From IMG/VR virus record IMGVR_UViG_3300050120_000156, positions 7,714 through 71,713 of that record: a DNA stretch of 64,000 nt. One strand, written 5' to 3'. Made by a program: the position numbers and the translations under genes. This DNA comes from a virus. The notes beneath the pieces were generated by a model, which was not told the DNA's origin, made no database searches, and saw only the letters and a list, made by a program, of their open reading frames with translations. This document shows, piece after piece, positions 37,901 to 48,054 of this stretch (the stretch's first letter is position 1; each line of letters starts with the position of its first letter).

Positions 37901-40900
37901 ACATCCGGGCGCAGATCTCGGCAATGATGGATCCGGCGACGTCGAAGGACGCCGTCTTTGTTGCCGCCGAGAACGAGGATGCCATCCCCTACGGCTTGCC
38001 GCGCGGCATCATCGCCGTGGCGCGACCGGAAGGCATCCTGCTGACGACGAACCGCGCCAAGGCGGAGCGCTTCCAGGCGTCCGACCTGAACGACAACGAC
38101 ATGGCGCAGCTGCTCGGCTATCCCGAGACGAAGGCCGATGCCGTCGCCAGCGGCCAGCCGGTCGCGATCCAGGGCAAGGATGCCGCCGGCAACGTCGTCG
38201 CCGACGCCGTGGCGTCGCCGCAGCGCGCCGGCGAGACCGCCGCCGCGATCGCCGCGCAGGTGCCGGAGGGTGGCAGCGTCGCGCCGGTATCGCCGGTTGA
38301 GGCGCAGCAGCGGCGGGCCGCGCTGGTCGAGCAGGAGCAAGTGGGTATGATACCCACTTCCCCGGCCGAAACCGTGAACGAACCGGCACCGGAACTCGGC
38401 ACCCGCCACCAGCCGGTCCGCGTCGAGACCGCCGAGGATCTCGCGCACGCCGAGCGCCACGTCAACACGGAGCCCAGCGAAGCGCAGATCGAGGCCGGCA
38501 ACTACGCCAAGGGCCACCTCAAGCTGCACGGGCTCGACATCACGATCGAAAATCCGAAGGGCTCCATCCGCCGCGGCGTTGGGCCGGACGGCAAGCCCTG
38601 GGAAGTCGAGATGCCCGCTGCCTACGGCTACATCCGTAGGACCGAGGGTGCCGACGGCGATCATGTCGACGCCTATATCGGTCCCGACCCGAGGAGCGAC
38701 CGCGTCTTCCTGATCGACCAGCATGAGCCCGGCGGCGGCAAGTTCGACGAGCACAAGGTGATGGCTGGCTTCCCGGATGCCGCCTCTGCGTTCGACACCT
38801 ATCACCGTGCCTTCAGCGACGGCAGCGGTCCGGAGCGCATGGGCCACGTCGCCGAGATGTCGGTCGACCAGTTCAAGGACTGGCTGAAGCGCGGCGACAC
38901 AACGGCGCCGGCGCGCGAGGCGGTCAACCCCGCCAATCCGATGGAGCTCCACGAGGTCAAGCACACCAAGACGGGAGCCGATCTCTTCGCGGTGCGCCTG
39001 GTCGACCGCGTCGAGGGCGATCATTTCAAGGTGCTGTCTCAGGCGGCGAAGAAGCTCGGTGGCTATTACTCGTCGTTCCGCGGCAAGGGTGCGGTGCCGG
39101 GCTGGCAGTTCAAGACGCGCGAGGCCGCCGAGCAGTTCATGCGCGACAACGGCGGCGGCCTGGCGGAGCGCCCCGGCGCGAAGGTGGCGACGCCGGCCGA
39201 GAAGATCGGCCGCATCGCCGACCTGCAAACGGAGCGCGGCGCCGAGGCGCGGGGTGACCGCGTCGCCGGCTCGCCGGCGCAGTCATTCGCGGCGATCGAG
39301 GCGGCGGGGCGCAAGCCTTGGGAGATGTCGCGGCAGGAATTCATCGACGCGCACCGCGATGCCTTCGTTCGAGCAGAGGGAGCCAAGCAGATCGCCGGCG
39401 TGCAGTCGAGGGATGGCTCGACGATGTGGCCGCTCCGCCCAGGCGATCAGACGAGCGGCGGAAAGCTGCTGCGGTCGCCGGAAGAGATCCTTGGACGCAT
39501 CCACGACGAAGGGGTTGCCGGTCACAACGCTGTGGTCGAGCGCGGTAAGTTGCCGAATGCGCTGCCGCATGAGCGGGCAGCGGCAGAGGCGGCGCAGCGC
39601 GAGCCGCCGCCGTGGGTGACATCGACGACGCCAGAGGGCAAGCGCCAACTCGCTGTTGCGGCTGGCTTCTCGCCATCTCAGGCCGTGAGCCTCTCCAAGA
39701 TCGGTTGGCCCAACCTCACGCCGGAAGAAGCCGCGCGGATGACGGCGCAGTGGCGCAAGGGCGACATCCAGGCACGGTGGGAAGACGAGCGCAAGGCCGC
39801 GATCGGATCGGTCGGCCAGAACGCCGCCGGCCGGGATCTGTTCGAGGATGATCGCGGTGTGCGGTCCTATGTGCTGAACGGGGTGCGGCGGACCGAGCCG
39901 GTCGGCATCGTTCCAGGCCGCGGCATCACGATCGACCCGTCGCGCCGCGGCGACGAGTTCAGTACGACCGAGGAGCGCGGCGCCGCCGCACCGGCGCAAG
40001 GGGACTTGCTGAACCAAGCGCCGCGCGCGACCTCGACGGAAGAAGAGCCCCACCAGATTGTCGCCGGGCCGTCGGCGGATGGCTCAAAGGGCACAGAGCC
40101 GACCGGCAAGAATGCTGGCGAGAAGATCATCCAAGATGCCGGGGAAAAGATCGGTGGCGCGCGGAAGGATCGATGGGCAGAACGTGGTCTCGCTCTGAGC
40201 GACCTTGATGGGATGACTGGCGGCGAAGAGGCGAAATACGTCACCAAGGATGCTGTCTGGCCGAAACCGGATTATGCCGCTCTCGTCGAAAATGGGATGG
40301 AGCCAGAAGCTGCCGCCCTGCTGAAAATCATCCGCGACCGCCTCGCCGCGAAGCCATCAAAGGACACGCCGCAGGGGCGGCGCGACTTCGTCGAGACGAT
40401 GGGCAACATCAAGACCGCCTTCGAATCGGCGAAGACGGCAGCGGATATCAAGTCCGCGCGCGATGCCGTGCTTTACGACAAGATCGGGCTTCCGAAGGAT
40501 CGTTACGGCCGCGGTGCGCCGGAGCAGCGCGACAAGCTGTTCTCGGTCATCAAGGGCCGCACCGAGAATCTTTGGGCCGACAACGACGATGTCCGCAAAG
40601 CGCAGGCGATGGTTCGCCAGGGCTTCCCAGGGGAGCCGGAGCAGCCGTGGTTGAAAGACCACGAGATCATCGAGGCTAGTGGCCGCGCGACGTTGCGGCG
40701 CAACGGCAAGTTCGTTCAGAGTTTTCCAGACAAGGCGGCGGCCGAGGCTTACCTCAAGGATCGTTATGACGCGCGACGGTCCGGCAATGGCGCTGCCGGT
40801 AAGGTGCCGGAGCGCCCGCATCTCGACAATCTCGACCGGAGCGGCCCGGATAATCGCAACGGCAGAGATGTTGCCGGAGAGGATTTTGTCAAGGATTTCG

Positions 40901-43900
40901 GCTTCCGCGGTGTCGAGTTCGGAAACTGGGTCGCCGGCGACGAGCGTCAGAAGTCGGTCAATCTCGCCTACGATGCCTTGCACGACCTGGCGCATGCCGT
41001 CGGCATCCCGCCCGAGGCACTCAGTCTCGACGGAAAATTGTCGCTTGCGTTCGGTGCGCGTGGCACCGGCCGCGCGGCGGCGCACTACGAGCCGGGAAAA
41101 CTCGTCATCAACATGACGAAGCTGTCAGGTGCCGGCTCGCTGGCGCACGAATGGGGCCATGCGCTCGACCATTATTTCGGCGAGATGGGACGCCCCGACG
41201 CTTACGAGGGCGCCGCTCGCGGTGCATCGGGCTGGTACGATCAGCAGGATTATAGCGGGAAACCGCGCCAGCGCTTCGACCGCGCGACGGGCAAAGCCAT
41301 CACGGAGACGCGGCTTGCCCATCTCCGTCCCGAGATGGCACAGGCCTTCGACACGGTGATGTCGACGCTGTTCAAGCGCCAGAAGGATCGCGCCGAGGCT
41401 GTGCGCGATGCGGAGTTGAGGCTCGAGGAGATCAAGGGCGGCATCGAGCAGCAGAAGCAGCGTGTCGCAGCGTCGCGCGCGCGCCTTGATGCTGCCGACA
41501 GCGGCACGACCGACAAGTCGCATGGGAAATTCGCCAAGGACAGCGCGGCGTGGATCTCCGAACAGGAACGCCGCCTTGATGTTGCGCAGCGCCGGCTGGC
41601 CGATCTGCGGGGCGATGGGCCAGTGTCGTTGCCGCAAGTCGATTCGTCCTATTACGAAAATGCCCGGCGCCTGTCCGGCAAAACTGGTGCTCAAGGCTAT
41701 TGGGCGCGGCCGACAGAGATGTTCGCCAGGGCTTTCGAGGCGCACGTCTTCGACAAGATGAAGGAGACTGGGACGAAGAGCGACTACCTCGTCCACGGTG
41801 TCGAGGGTGACCGCTACGCTTCCGATCTCTACAAGGGAAATCCCTATCCGACCGCCGCCGAGCGGACAGCTATCAATGCCGCGTTCGACGAACTCACCAA
41901 ATCGATCAGGGTGCGTCCTGGCGAAAGTGGGAACGAGACCATGTTCCAGCGGGCGCCGGCACCGGCTCCGGGCTTCTATTCGGCGCTGGAGCGCGGCGTC
42001 GAGGCAGCGCAGCAGGAGCGTGCGCCGGCGGCGACCTGGAAGGGCTTCATCCGCAACCTCGCCGGCAAGGGCGTCAAGCAGGACGAAATCGAGTGGTCCG
42101 GCGTCAACGACTGGCTCGACACGCAAAAGGGCGTCATCTCCAAGGCCGATGTCCTCGAGCATCTCCGGCAGAACGATGTCGGCTTGCAGGAGGTCATGAA
42201 GGGGCCGGACTCAGCGGATGAAGGTGGCTGGACGCATGTCCCGGCGCGCACCACCAAGTTCGATGAATACACGCTGCCCGGCGGCGAGAACTATCGCGAG
42301 ATGCTGCTGACCCTGCCGGAAAGCGCGGCGCTGCGGTCGCGCCGGACGGTCTTCAACCGCTACGCGCCGGAGATAGCCAAGCAGCAGCGCCTCATCGACG
42401 ACCCGCTGCTGACGCGCGAGGAGCGCGCTGCGGCGCGCACCGAGATGGATCGCGTCATTGCCGAGCGCGACGACAAGGCCGATCGCATCGCCGGGAGCTC
42501 GCCGGATTTCCGGTCGCCGCATTTCGAGGAGCCGAACGTTCTGGCGCATATCCGGATGGCCGATCATACCGACGCCGAGGGCAAGAAGACGCTGCTGCTC
42601 GAGGAGGTGCAATCCGACTGGCACCAGCAGGGGCGTCGCAAGGGCTACGTCGGCGCGAAACCGGAACTGCCGGAGGGCGTCGAGATCCGGCCGGTCGGCC
42701 GCGAGTTCGGATACTTCGTCGATGGCCGCGACACCGGGCTGCGGGCGCCGACGGCACAGCGCGCCGCCGAGGACTATCAGTCGCTGCACGGTGGTCAGGA
42801 GCCGGCTGGCGGTGTCCCCAACGCGCCGTTCAAGTCGACGTGGCAAGAACTCGCCATGAAACGGATGCTGCGATACGCGGCTGAAAACGGCTACGACAAA
42901 TTGGCGTGGACCCGTGGAGAAACGCAGGCGGACCGCTACGATCTGTCGAAGCGGGTCAGCGAGATTTGGGCAAAGCCGGTCGGCGGCGACAGGTTCGAGA
43001 TGACCGTCACCGGTCATGACGGGGTGCCGATCTACGATACGGCCCGCACGGGGGCTGTCCGGGCTGCCGAACTAGAAAACGTCGTCGGCAAGGAGATGGC
43101 GCAGAAGATCATTGACCATGCGGCGGCGAACCCCAGCGCGCCGGCCGAATTCTCCGGCCTCGACCTCAAGGTCGGCGGCGAGGGCATGCAGGCATTCTAC
43201 GACAAGATGCTGCCGTCCTTCGTCAACAAGTATGCGAAGAAATGGGGTGCCAAGGTCGGCGAGTCCGAGATCAACTCCGGCACGCGGAAATACTCCGGGC
43301 CGGAGCCGACCGAGGATGCCATCGACAAGGTCGACCGCTGGATCGAGCACCGCGAAGGCGACCCGATGGTCAACCCGCTGACCGGTGCCCGCCAGATCTT
43401 CGGAGTCGACAACGTCTCGACGCGCCGCGCATGGGATGAGGTGATGCATGCCCATGCCGTTGGGGGGCTCGACTTTGCGGAGGCGCTGAACCGGCACGGC
43501 ACCCCGGAAATCACCGATATTTTCGGTGGCAAGACGATGCACGAGGAGCCCACGACGGAGCGTGTCCACTCCGTCGACATCACGCCGCAGATGCGTGACA
43601 GCGTCATGGGCGGCCAGCCCCTGTTCCAGCGCGGTGCCGAGGGTGACCGCGCCGGCGAGATGACGCCGGTGACCCGCGGGCTCGAGGGCGAGGCGCGGCC
43701 GTCCGAGGCTTACACGGCACACGAGGCGGAGATCGCCGGTCAGTTCCGCGGCATCGTCGAGAAGATGTTCCCTGGTGCCGAGGGGCGCGTCTTCGGCAAG
43801 CTGCGCGCCACCGCCGAGAGCGGCGAGGCCGGGCAGGTGTTCGGTGCCTACCATCGCGACCGCGCCGGCGACATGATGCAGCACGTCATCGCCGGCTCGC

Positions 43901-46900
43901 TCGAGATGACCGATCCCAAGGGAACGGCACGTCACGAGGGTTTCCATTACGTGCTGCGCTCCGGGATTCTCCGTCCGGAAGAGGACCGTGTCCTCGACGA
44001 GGCGGCCGAGCGTAACGGCTGGGTCGATGCCGGGATCAAGCGCGATTACGGCCACCTGCCGGAGCGGCAGCAGCTCGAGGAGGCGAAAGCCGAGGCCTAT
44101 CGCAAATGGGCGGCCGATCGCGCCGGCTTCGCCAAGAGCCTGCCGGCACCGGTACAGGCTATCTTCCAGAAGATCGACCTGCTGATGCGCCGCGTCGCGG
44201 CGATGGCGCGGCAGGTGCTCGGCAAGGATGCGACGGCGGACGATGTCTTCGGCCGGATCGAATCGGGCGAGGTCGGGCGTCGCGCGCTCGAGGGGCAGAC
44301 CGAGACCGAGCCGCAGGTGCCGTGGGTCACCGAACAGGATCTCGACAAGCTGCAGGGTGCCTTCGGCACCGGCTCGCCGCAGTTCCGTGAGGCGCTCGAT
44401 GCCTATGACCGCCAGCAGCCGAGTTCGGAACTGACATCGAACGATTACCCGAGGCTCAACACGTTGGCCGGCATGCACGCCGCCGAGGCGGAGAGCACCG
44501 GCCGCGAGGGCATCGCGATGCCGCCGGCCGATGCCTACGAGGCAGCGCAGGCCCAGCAGCGGCTGGCACGCCCGCCGGCGAACGACCGCGACGCAGCGGC
44601 GTTGCAGCGGCGTCCGTTCGAGCAAAGCCCGGAGTTCCGGCGCTGGTTCGCCGGCAGCGCCATCGTCGACCAGGATGGCCGTCCGAAGATGGTCTACCAC
44701 GGCACCGATGCCGAGGATTTTCAGACGTTCGACCGCTCCGACGACATCGGCTTCCATTTCGCCGATCAGCCGGAGGTCGCGGATACGCGGTTGCAGCAGA
44801 TGGGCGCGCATGATGCCGATGCCGAGGGCTCGCCGCGCGTCATCCCGGCTTACCTGTCTATCAAGAACCCGTTGCGCCTGTCGGATCTCCATACCTGGGA
44901 TCCCCGCGCCGTCATCAATGAGTTGCACGACCGCGGGCTGCTGACCGATGCCGAGGCGCTGGGCGATCACGTCGTCGACCGCGAATTCGTCAAGGACGCG
45001 CTCGATCGCCATGGCTACGACGGCATCGTCTACAAGAACGAGACCGAAGGGGGCGGCGACAGCTACATCGCGCTGGATCCGCGCCAGATCAAGTCGCCCT
45101 ACAACGACTTCAAGCCGGGCACGGCCGGCGACACTGCCTTCCAGCGGGTGCCGCGCGACGAGCAGCCGGAGGTGGCGCCGACCGGCCAGGATTATCTCGA
45201 TGACGTCAGCGACCAGATCGCCGAGACGGTGCACGGGCAGGGTGCCGGCACCTATGCCAGGCGCCTCGCGCGCTCGCTGCCCGATGCCGGCGCGCCGCTC
45301 GGCACCAAGATGCTCGGCACCTACGAAAAGTTCGTCATCCAGCCGCGCACCCTGGCGGCGACGGACTGGCGATCGGCGCGCTACTGGGATGCGTGGCGCC
45401 GCAAGGACACGACGATGAACGGGCTCCGCCACGACTGGGCGGATCAGAGCAAGAGCTATGTCGCCCTGTCCTCGGCGCAGCGCCGGCAGCTTGCTGCGGT
45501 CGAGGAGATCGACCGCGTCACCGGCACCGTCCGGCCGAACGATGGTCGCCGCGTCGTCGCCCGCAACGAGCGCGACGCCGAGGCCGAGTTCTCGAAACCC
45601 GGCCAGATGATCGCCTTGGACCCGGCGACGACGGCGGCCTATCACGATCGGCGGGCGCTGTTCGGGCAGGTCTGGCACACGATGATGGAGGCCTCGGCGA
45701 AGCGGCTCGGCTGGGATGGCCCGGTCGATGCCGATGCGATCCGTGAGGCGGCGAAGAAGCCGATGCTGCCGGCCGGCGAGGCGAAGCGCCTCAACGGCAT
45801 CGCCGATCTGGTACAGGCGATGGCGGCGCAGGAGCAGACCGGCTACTCGCCGCTGATGCGGTTCGGCGATTATTACATCGCGGTCAAGCCGAAGGAGGGC
45901 ACCGAACCGGATTCGCTGGGTGGCTTCCCGGAGACGAAGCGGTTCGAGCTCGTCGACAGCCGGGCGCCGTTCGACACGCTCTTCGGCAAGACGATCAAGG
46001 AGGGTGATGCGGTGCCGGCGGCGGCGGCGAAGCGGATCGCCGAGCTCCAGGCCAAGTACGGGCCGGATTTCGACATCGAGCACGGCTATCTGGCGCGCAA
46101 CGCCGAGGCGCTCCGCAAGCTCGACATCCCGGCGATCGAGAAGATGTTCGTCGCATTGGGCCAGAAGGACAGCGAGCTCTTCGGGCCGATGGTCGAGCAG
46201 CTGCGCGACAAGATGTACGAGGAGCTCAAGGCCGGCTTCAAGAAGCGGGCCCGCACCGTCCCGGGCTATTCGACCGACTGGGACCGCGCCACCGGCGCCT
46301 ACCTCGGCTGGACCTCCGGCAACGCCGCCGAGATGCTGCACGGCGACGAGATCCGCCAGGCGCAGGAAGCCTATGTCGATCGCCACCCCGACAAGGCGGT
46401 GCAGCGCTATTGGCAGAAATGGGCCGAATATCAGAAAGACCCTGCCGAGGAGATGCAGAAGCTGCGGCAGTTCGGCTTCTACTGGGCGCTCGCCGGCAAC
46501 CCGTCCTCGATGGCACTGATCGCGACGCATGGCCCGATGGTGGCGCATGCGACGCTCGGCGCCGGCGGCGGCTTCGTGGAAGCTGGCCGGCACCTCTACG
46601 GCGCGCTCGGCGAGGCGATCAAGCACATCGGCTTCGACACCGAGCACGGGCTGCACATCAACCTCGACGCGCTCGGCAAGACGCCGGCCGAGAAGGCGTT
46701 GCTGGCGCAGATGGTGAAGGGCGGCCAGTTGCATGAGGCGGCGTCCGACGACATCCGCGGCCTCGGTCAGAACACCATGGAATCGCTGGAACCGGTGCGG
46801 CAGACCTGGAAGAAGATGCTGAACATCGCGGCCTCGACCGTCGGCGTCACCGACCAGATGAACCGCGCCGGCGTCGCGCTGGCGTCGTACCGGCTGGCGC

Positions 46901-48021
46901 AGGACCCGGCGCAGCTTGCCCGCATCGCCAAGACCTGGGGCGGCAACGAGATCTTCCGCGAGATGACGAAGCGTGACGGGCTCAACCCTGAGACGGTCGC
47001 CAAGTTCATGGTCGACGAAGGGCTCTTCGTCTGGGGCAAGCACAACCGGGCGCCGATCCAGCGCGGCACCGCTGGGACGATGCTGTTCCAGTTCCGCAAT
47101 TTCGAGGCGAACTATCTCGGGACGCTGTGGAAGATGATGCACCGCATGGGCCCGGAGGGGAAAGGTGCCGCGGTCTTCATGCTCGGCGGCCTCGGCGTCC
47201 TCGGCGGTGCGATGGGGTTGCCGTTCTCGCAGGATCTCGAGAATGCCGGCGATGCCCTCGGCAAGGTCGTCACCGGCATCGACCCGCAGATCGGCGCCAA
47301 GCTGGCCAGCCTGCTCGAGGATAGCGGCTTCTCGCAGATGGGTGCCGAGATGCTGCTGCGCGGACCGTCGCGCGCCGCGCTCGGGATCGATCTCACCAGC
47401 CGGCTCGGCATGGGCGAGGCGGCGACGCGCAACCTGACGCCGACCGAGGCGCTCGGGGTGGTGCCGTCGATGCTCTACGGGAGGCTTTCAGCGGCCTGGA
47501 ACCGGCTCAACCATGCACAGCCGCTGGGTGCCACGGCCGAGCTTCTGCCGTCGGCGGCGCGCAATTTGATGCGCGGGACGATGGTCTATCCGAATGAGGG
47601 CGTCCGGACGGTGGCGAAGGGCAATGTCGTCGTCCCACCGAACAAGATCACGACCGGCGAACGCGTCGCCCAGTCTCTCGGTTTCGAGCCGGCAAATGTG
47701 GCGCGGGCCTACGAGGAGCGTGAATACGGCTATCGCACGGCGAATGCTGGGCAGGAGCGCCATTCCCGGGTTCTGAGCCAGGCGACGGAGCTTATCTCGC
47801 AGGCGGCCGATGCGCAGAAGGCCGGCGATGCCAATGGTGCGCAGGCGGCGAAAGATAGTTTGGCTGCCCTTCTCAAGGCAAATCCGGATCAGCACATCAC
47901 GCCAAAGGCGATCGAGGCGCAGATCATGGCGCGGGAAAACGCGCAGGCGGCGGCGCTGAAGCATGCACCAAAGGGCGCCAAGGCGGCGATCATGGGCAGC
48001 CCGTTCGTGCCGCCGCAATGA
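34996..48021 (+). CDS. giant polyvalent virion protein (InPase, LPD5, LPD1, zincin MPTase, ART-PolyVal, PLxRFG domains)
   Basis: GNYAKGH..IENPKGS..YGYI..TEGADGDHVD (~38460-38900); GEKIGGARKD (~40140); FRGVEFGNW..LAFGARG..AHYEP..LAHEWGHALD (HEWGH at 41146)..EMFARAFE; HEGFH (43933); FRRWF...YHGT...YLSIKNP...GYDGI...QIKS (~44620-45100); PLMRFG (45850). Confidence 0.9.
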   Translation: MVGAVDDPAKAAFDRNQKWVKPGADGFTTALAPDDEAAYQGWVKKNNVPWRDSPTADYDMRGFWQTSQYPAQWQALQKTGKIPPDMAPFGTSVDPNDRLPHYPDYWKTPYHETFSNESQWATPDAPAWTNTTPNKPEGTDADRLVDQDGNILFDDRVPAGDYGDAGAQRQYMADGGTPDDGAPDDLMTPPPDLVAAPEAHADEPPTDLLTPPPDLMPAAAASSSEKPTATDAAATEKPSLLSEFTGPIYNTGREAVMGIHSLANRMQGAIADTTGIGADTAAANTAALAKMKADNPPMPSAAPPVTQIGSLDDAARWAFSVTGSVAGAVAQLATMGIPRAAALAAMEGFEETKEKTGSTASALESAGVQAAAQAVPLHLLGTAFKGTVPAIAGAAAGMAGTNVAAEAAQRAIEGDKPMTAADAADQVARGIAMGVIPGVAGHFMGRGTPTPGPDDIVQQAQVQGTKVPSPDEASQMAADQAAIRGQASPATSSPAPQPGDAIGLKFPKGPSQRATVDQYFDNGQSVRVRFDNGQVQDYLTADVLRDRVEPPPPMNEAPAPVVRPGTDVSQGESFDLMMEGERAAQAAQPQRQASTPTLGGAAVQALQQADALEFRAANDPSRTAEQRADDYAAAMNLRRRFGASTEAPAFSDDQLERAAQQRAAGPGTPMMGQNVPPIDLQPPQFTDEQLGRAAVIRQQAAVAAQQARDAAAAAAETKLKQDADNPPRRPADLLDFLSKSGGVRDDTGDLAAMDAGLWHTNQPFRRKLVNPDGLSLPMAFEKANEAGYGPYHDEAELLDAIRDNLGSTPHFSAADLTQAQRWEEAQQQQEPILDQLHARAHELGLDIPPNWTGPEILAEIHEREGMMADNGSAEALADRQEAEDDAWLRVAHPDLFSEIHDGRADQTAQQPEPAQGLAEGLHGPQPAAGGAGEHPAPAAIGPGGGQAAGAGADAQPQGVSRTTPEPASDIRAQISAMMDPATSKDAVFVAAENEDAIPYGLPRGIIAVARPEGILLTTNRAKAERFQASDLNDNDMAQLLGYPETKADAVASGQPVAIQGKDAAGNVVADAVASPQRAGETAAAIAAQVPEGGSVAPVSPVEAQQRRAALVEQEQVGMIPTSPAETVNEPAPELGTRHQPVRVETAEDLAHAERHVNTEPSEAQIEAGNYAKGHLKLHGLDITIENPKGSIRRGVGPDGKPWEVEMPAAYGYIRRTEGADGDHVDAYIGPDPRSDRVFLIDQHEPGGGKFDEHKVMAGFPDAASAFDTYHRAFSDGSGPERMGHVAEMSVDQFKDWLKRGDTTAPAREAVNPANPMELHEVKHTKTGADLFAVRLVDRVEGDHFKVLSQAAKKLGGYYSSFRGKGAVPGWQFKTREAAEQFMRDNGGGLAERPGAKVATPAEKIGRIADLQTERGAEARGDRVAGSPAQSFAAIEAAGRKPWEMSRQEFIDAHRDAFVRAEGAKQIAGVQSRDGSTMWPLRPGDQTSGGKLLRSPEEILGRIHDEGVAGHNAVVERGKLPNALPHERAAAEAAQREPPPWVTSTTPEGKRQLAVAAGFSPSQAVSLSKIGWPNLTPEEAARMTAQWRKGDIQARWEDERKAAIGSVGQNAAGRDLFEDDRGVRSYVLNGVRRTEPVGIVPGRGITIDPSRRGDEFSTTEERGAAAPAQGDLLNQAPRATSTEEEPHQIVAGPSADGSKGTEPTGKNAGEKIIQDAGEKIGGARKDRWAERGLALSDLDGMTGGEEAKYVTKDAVWPKPDYAALVENGMEPEAAALLKIIRDRLAAKPSKDTPQGRRDFVETMGNIKTAFESAKTAADIKSARDAVLYDKIGLPKDRYGRGAPEQRDKLFSVIKGRTENLWADNDDVRKAQAMVRQGFPGEPEQPWLKDHEIIEASGRATLRRNGKFVQSFPDKAAAEAYLKDRYDARRSGNGAAGKVPERPHLDNLDRSGPDNRNGRDVAGEDFVKDFGFRGVEFGNWVAGDERQKSVNLAYDALHDLAHAVGIPPEALSLDGKLSLAFGARGTGRAAAHYEPGKLVINMTKLSGAGSLAHEWGHALDHYFGEMGRPDAYEGAARGASGWYDQQDYSGKPRQRFDRATGKAITETRLAHLRPEMAQAFDTVMSTLFKRQKDRAEAVRDAELRLEEIKGGIEQQKQRVAASRARLDAADSGTTDKSHGKFAKDSAAWISEQERRLDVAQRRLADLRGDGPVSLPQVDSSYYENARRLSGKTGAQGYWARPTEMFARAFEAHVFDKMKETGTKSDYLVHGVEGDRYASDLYKGNPYPTAAERTAINAAFDELTKSIRVRPGESGNETMFQRAPAPAPGFYSALERGVEAAQQERAPAATWKGFIRNLAGKGVKQDEIEWSGVNDWLDTQKGVISKADVLEHLRQNDVGLQEVMKGPDSADEGGWTHVPARTTKFDEYTLPGGENYREMLLTLPESAALRSRRTVFNRYAPEIAKQQRLIDDPLLTREERAAARTEMDRVIAERDDKADRIAGSSPDFRSPHFEEPNVLAHIRMADHTDAEGKKTLLLEEVQSDWHQQGRRKGYVGAKPELPEGVEIRPVGREFGYFVDGRDTGLRAPTAQRAAEDYQSLHGGQEPAGGVPNAPFKSTWQELAMKRMLRYAAENGYDKLAWTRGETQADRYDLSKRVSEIWAKPVGGDRFEMTVTGHDGVPIYDTARTGAVRAAELENVVGKEMAQKIIDHAAANPSAPAEFSGLDLKVGGEGMQAFYDKMLPSFVNKYAKKWGAKVGESEINSGTRKYSGPEPTEDAIDKVDRWIEHREGDPMVNPLTGARQIFGVDNVSTRRAWDEVMHAHAVGGLDFAEALNRHGTPEITDIFGGKTMHEEPTTERVHSVDITPQMRDSVMGGQPLFQRGAEGDRAGEMTPVTRGLEGEARPSEAYTAHEAEIAGQFRGIVEKMFPGAEGRVFGKLRATAESGEAGQVFGAYHRDRAGDMMQHVIAGSLEMTDPKGTARHEGFHYVLRSGILRPEEDRVLDEAAERNGWVDAGIKRDYGHLPERQQLEEAKAEAYRKWAADRAGFAKSLPAPVQAIFQKIDLLMRRVAAMARQVLGKDATADDVFGRIESGEVGRRALEGQTETEPQVPWVTEQDLDKLQGAFGTGSPQFREALDAYDRQQPSSELTSNDYPRLNTLAGMHAAEAESTGREGIAMPPADAYEAAQAQQRLARPPANDRDAAALQRRPFEQSPEFRRWFAGSAIVDQDGRPKMVYHGTDAEDFQTFDRSDDIGFHFADQPEVADTRLQQMGAHDADAEGSPRVIPAYLSIKNPLRLSDLHTWDPRAVINELHDRGLLTDAEALGDHVVDREFVKDALDRHGYDGIVYKNETEGGGDSYIALDPRQIKSPYNDFKPGTAGDTAFQRVPRDEQPEVAPTGQDYLDDVSDQIAETVHGQGAGTYARRLARSLPDAGAPLGTKMLGTYEKFVIQPRTLAATDWRSARYWDAWRRKDTTMNGLRHDWADQSKSYVALSSAQRRQLAAVEEIDRVTGTVRPNDGRRVVARNERDAEAEFSKPGQMIALDPATTAAYHDRRALFGQVWHTMMEASAKRLGWDGPVDADAIREAAKKPMLPAGEAKRLNGIADLVQAMAAQEQTGYSPLMRFGDYYIAVKPKEGTEPDSLGGFPETKRFELVDSRAPFDTLFGKTIKEGDAVPAAAAKRIAELQAKYGPDFDIEHGYLARNAEALRKLDIPAIEKMFVALGQKDSELFGPMVEQLRDKMYEELKAGFKKRARTVPGYSTDWDRATGAYLGWTSGNAAEMLHGDEIRQAQEAYVDRHPDKAVQRYWQKWAEYQKDPAEEMQKLRQFGFYWALAGNPSSMALIATHGPMVAHATLGAGGGFVEAGRHLYGALGEAIKHIGFDTEHGLHINLDALGKTPAEKALLAQMVKGGQLHEAASDDIRGLGQNTMESLEPVRQTWKKMLNIAASTVGVTDQMNRAGVALASYRLAQDPAQLARIAKTWGGNEIFREMTKRDGLNPETVAKFMVDEGLFVWGKHNRAPIQRGTAGTMLFQFRNFEANYLGTLWKMMHRMGPEGKGAAVFMLGGLGVLGGAMGLPFSQDLENAGDALGKVVTGIDPQIGAKLASLLEDSGFSQMGAEMLLRGPSRAALGIDLTSRLGMGEAATRNLTPTEALGVVPSMLYGRLSAAWNRLNHAQPLGATAELLPSAARNLMRGTMVYPNEGVRTVAKGNVVVPPNKITTGERVAQSLGFEPANVARAYEEREYGYRTANAGQERHSRVLSQATELISQAADAQKAGDANGAQAAKDSLAALLKANPDQHITPKAIEAQIMARENAQAAALKHAPKGAKAAIMGSPFVPPQ
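37697..37873 (+). CDS. nested out-of-frame small basic protein (58 aa) inside the giant gene
   Basis: GGAG SD at 37686-37689; 56 of 58 codons end in G/C while the host frame falls to 26 of 58 over the same stretch. Confidence 0.6.
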   Translation: MDAPTKLHNSQNRLKVLQKAFTDRNRPLAERESIRHLLRSARAAVKLRVRALMHSRKA

Positions 48022-48054
48022 ACGCCTGACGTTCAGTCGACTGTTCCAAATCCA

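Noticed and set aside
43072-47142. 1356-aa minus-strand ORF (also 36457-39228, 5575-7500 and 61349-63121 opposite real genes)
   Set aside because: Antisense shadows of GC3-rich genes; no motifs, no SD, and the opposite strand carries recognisable domains
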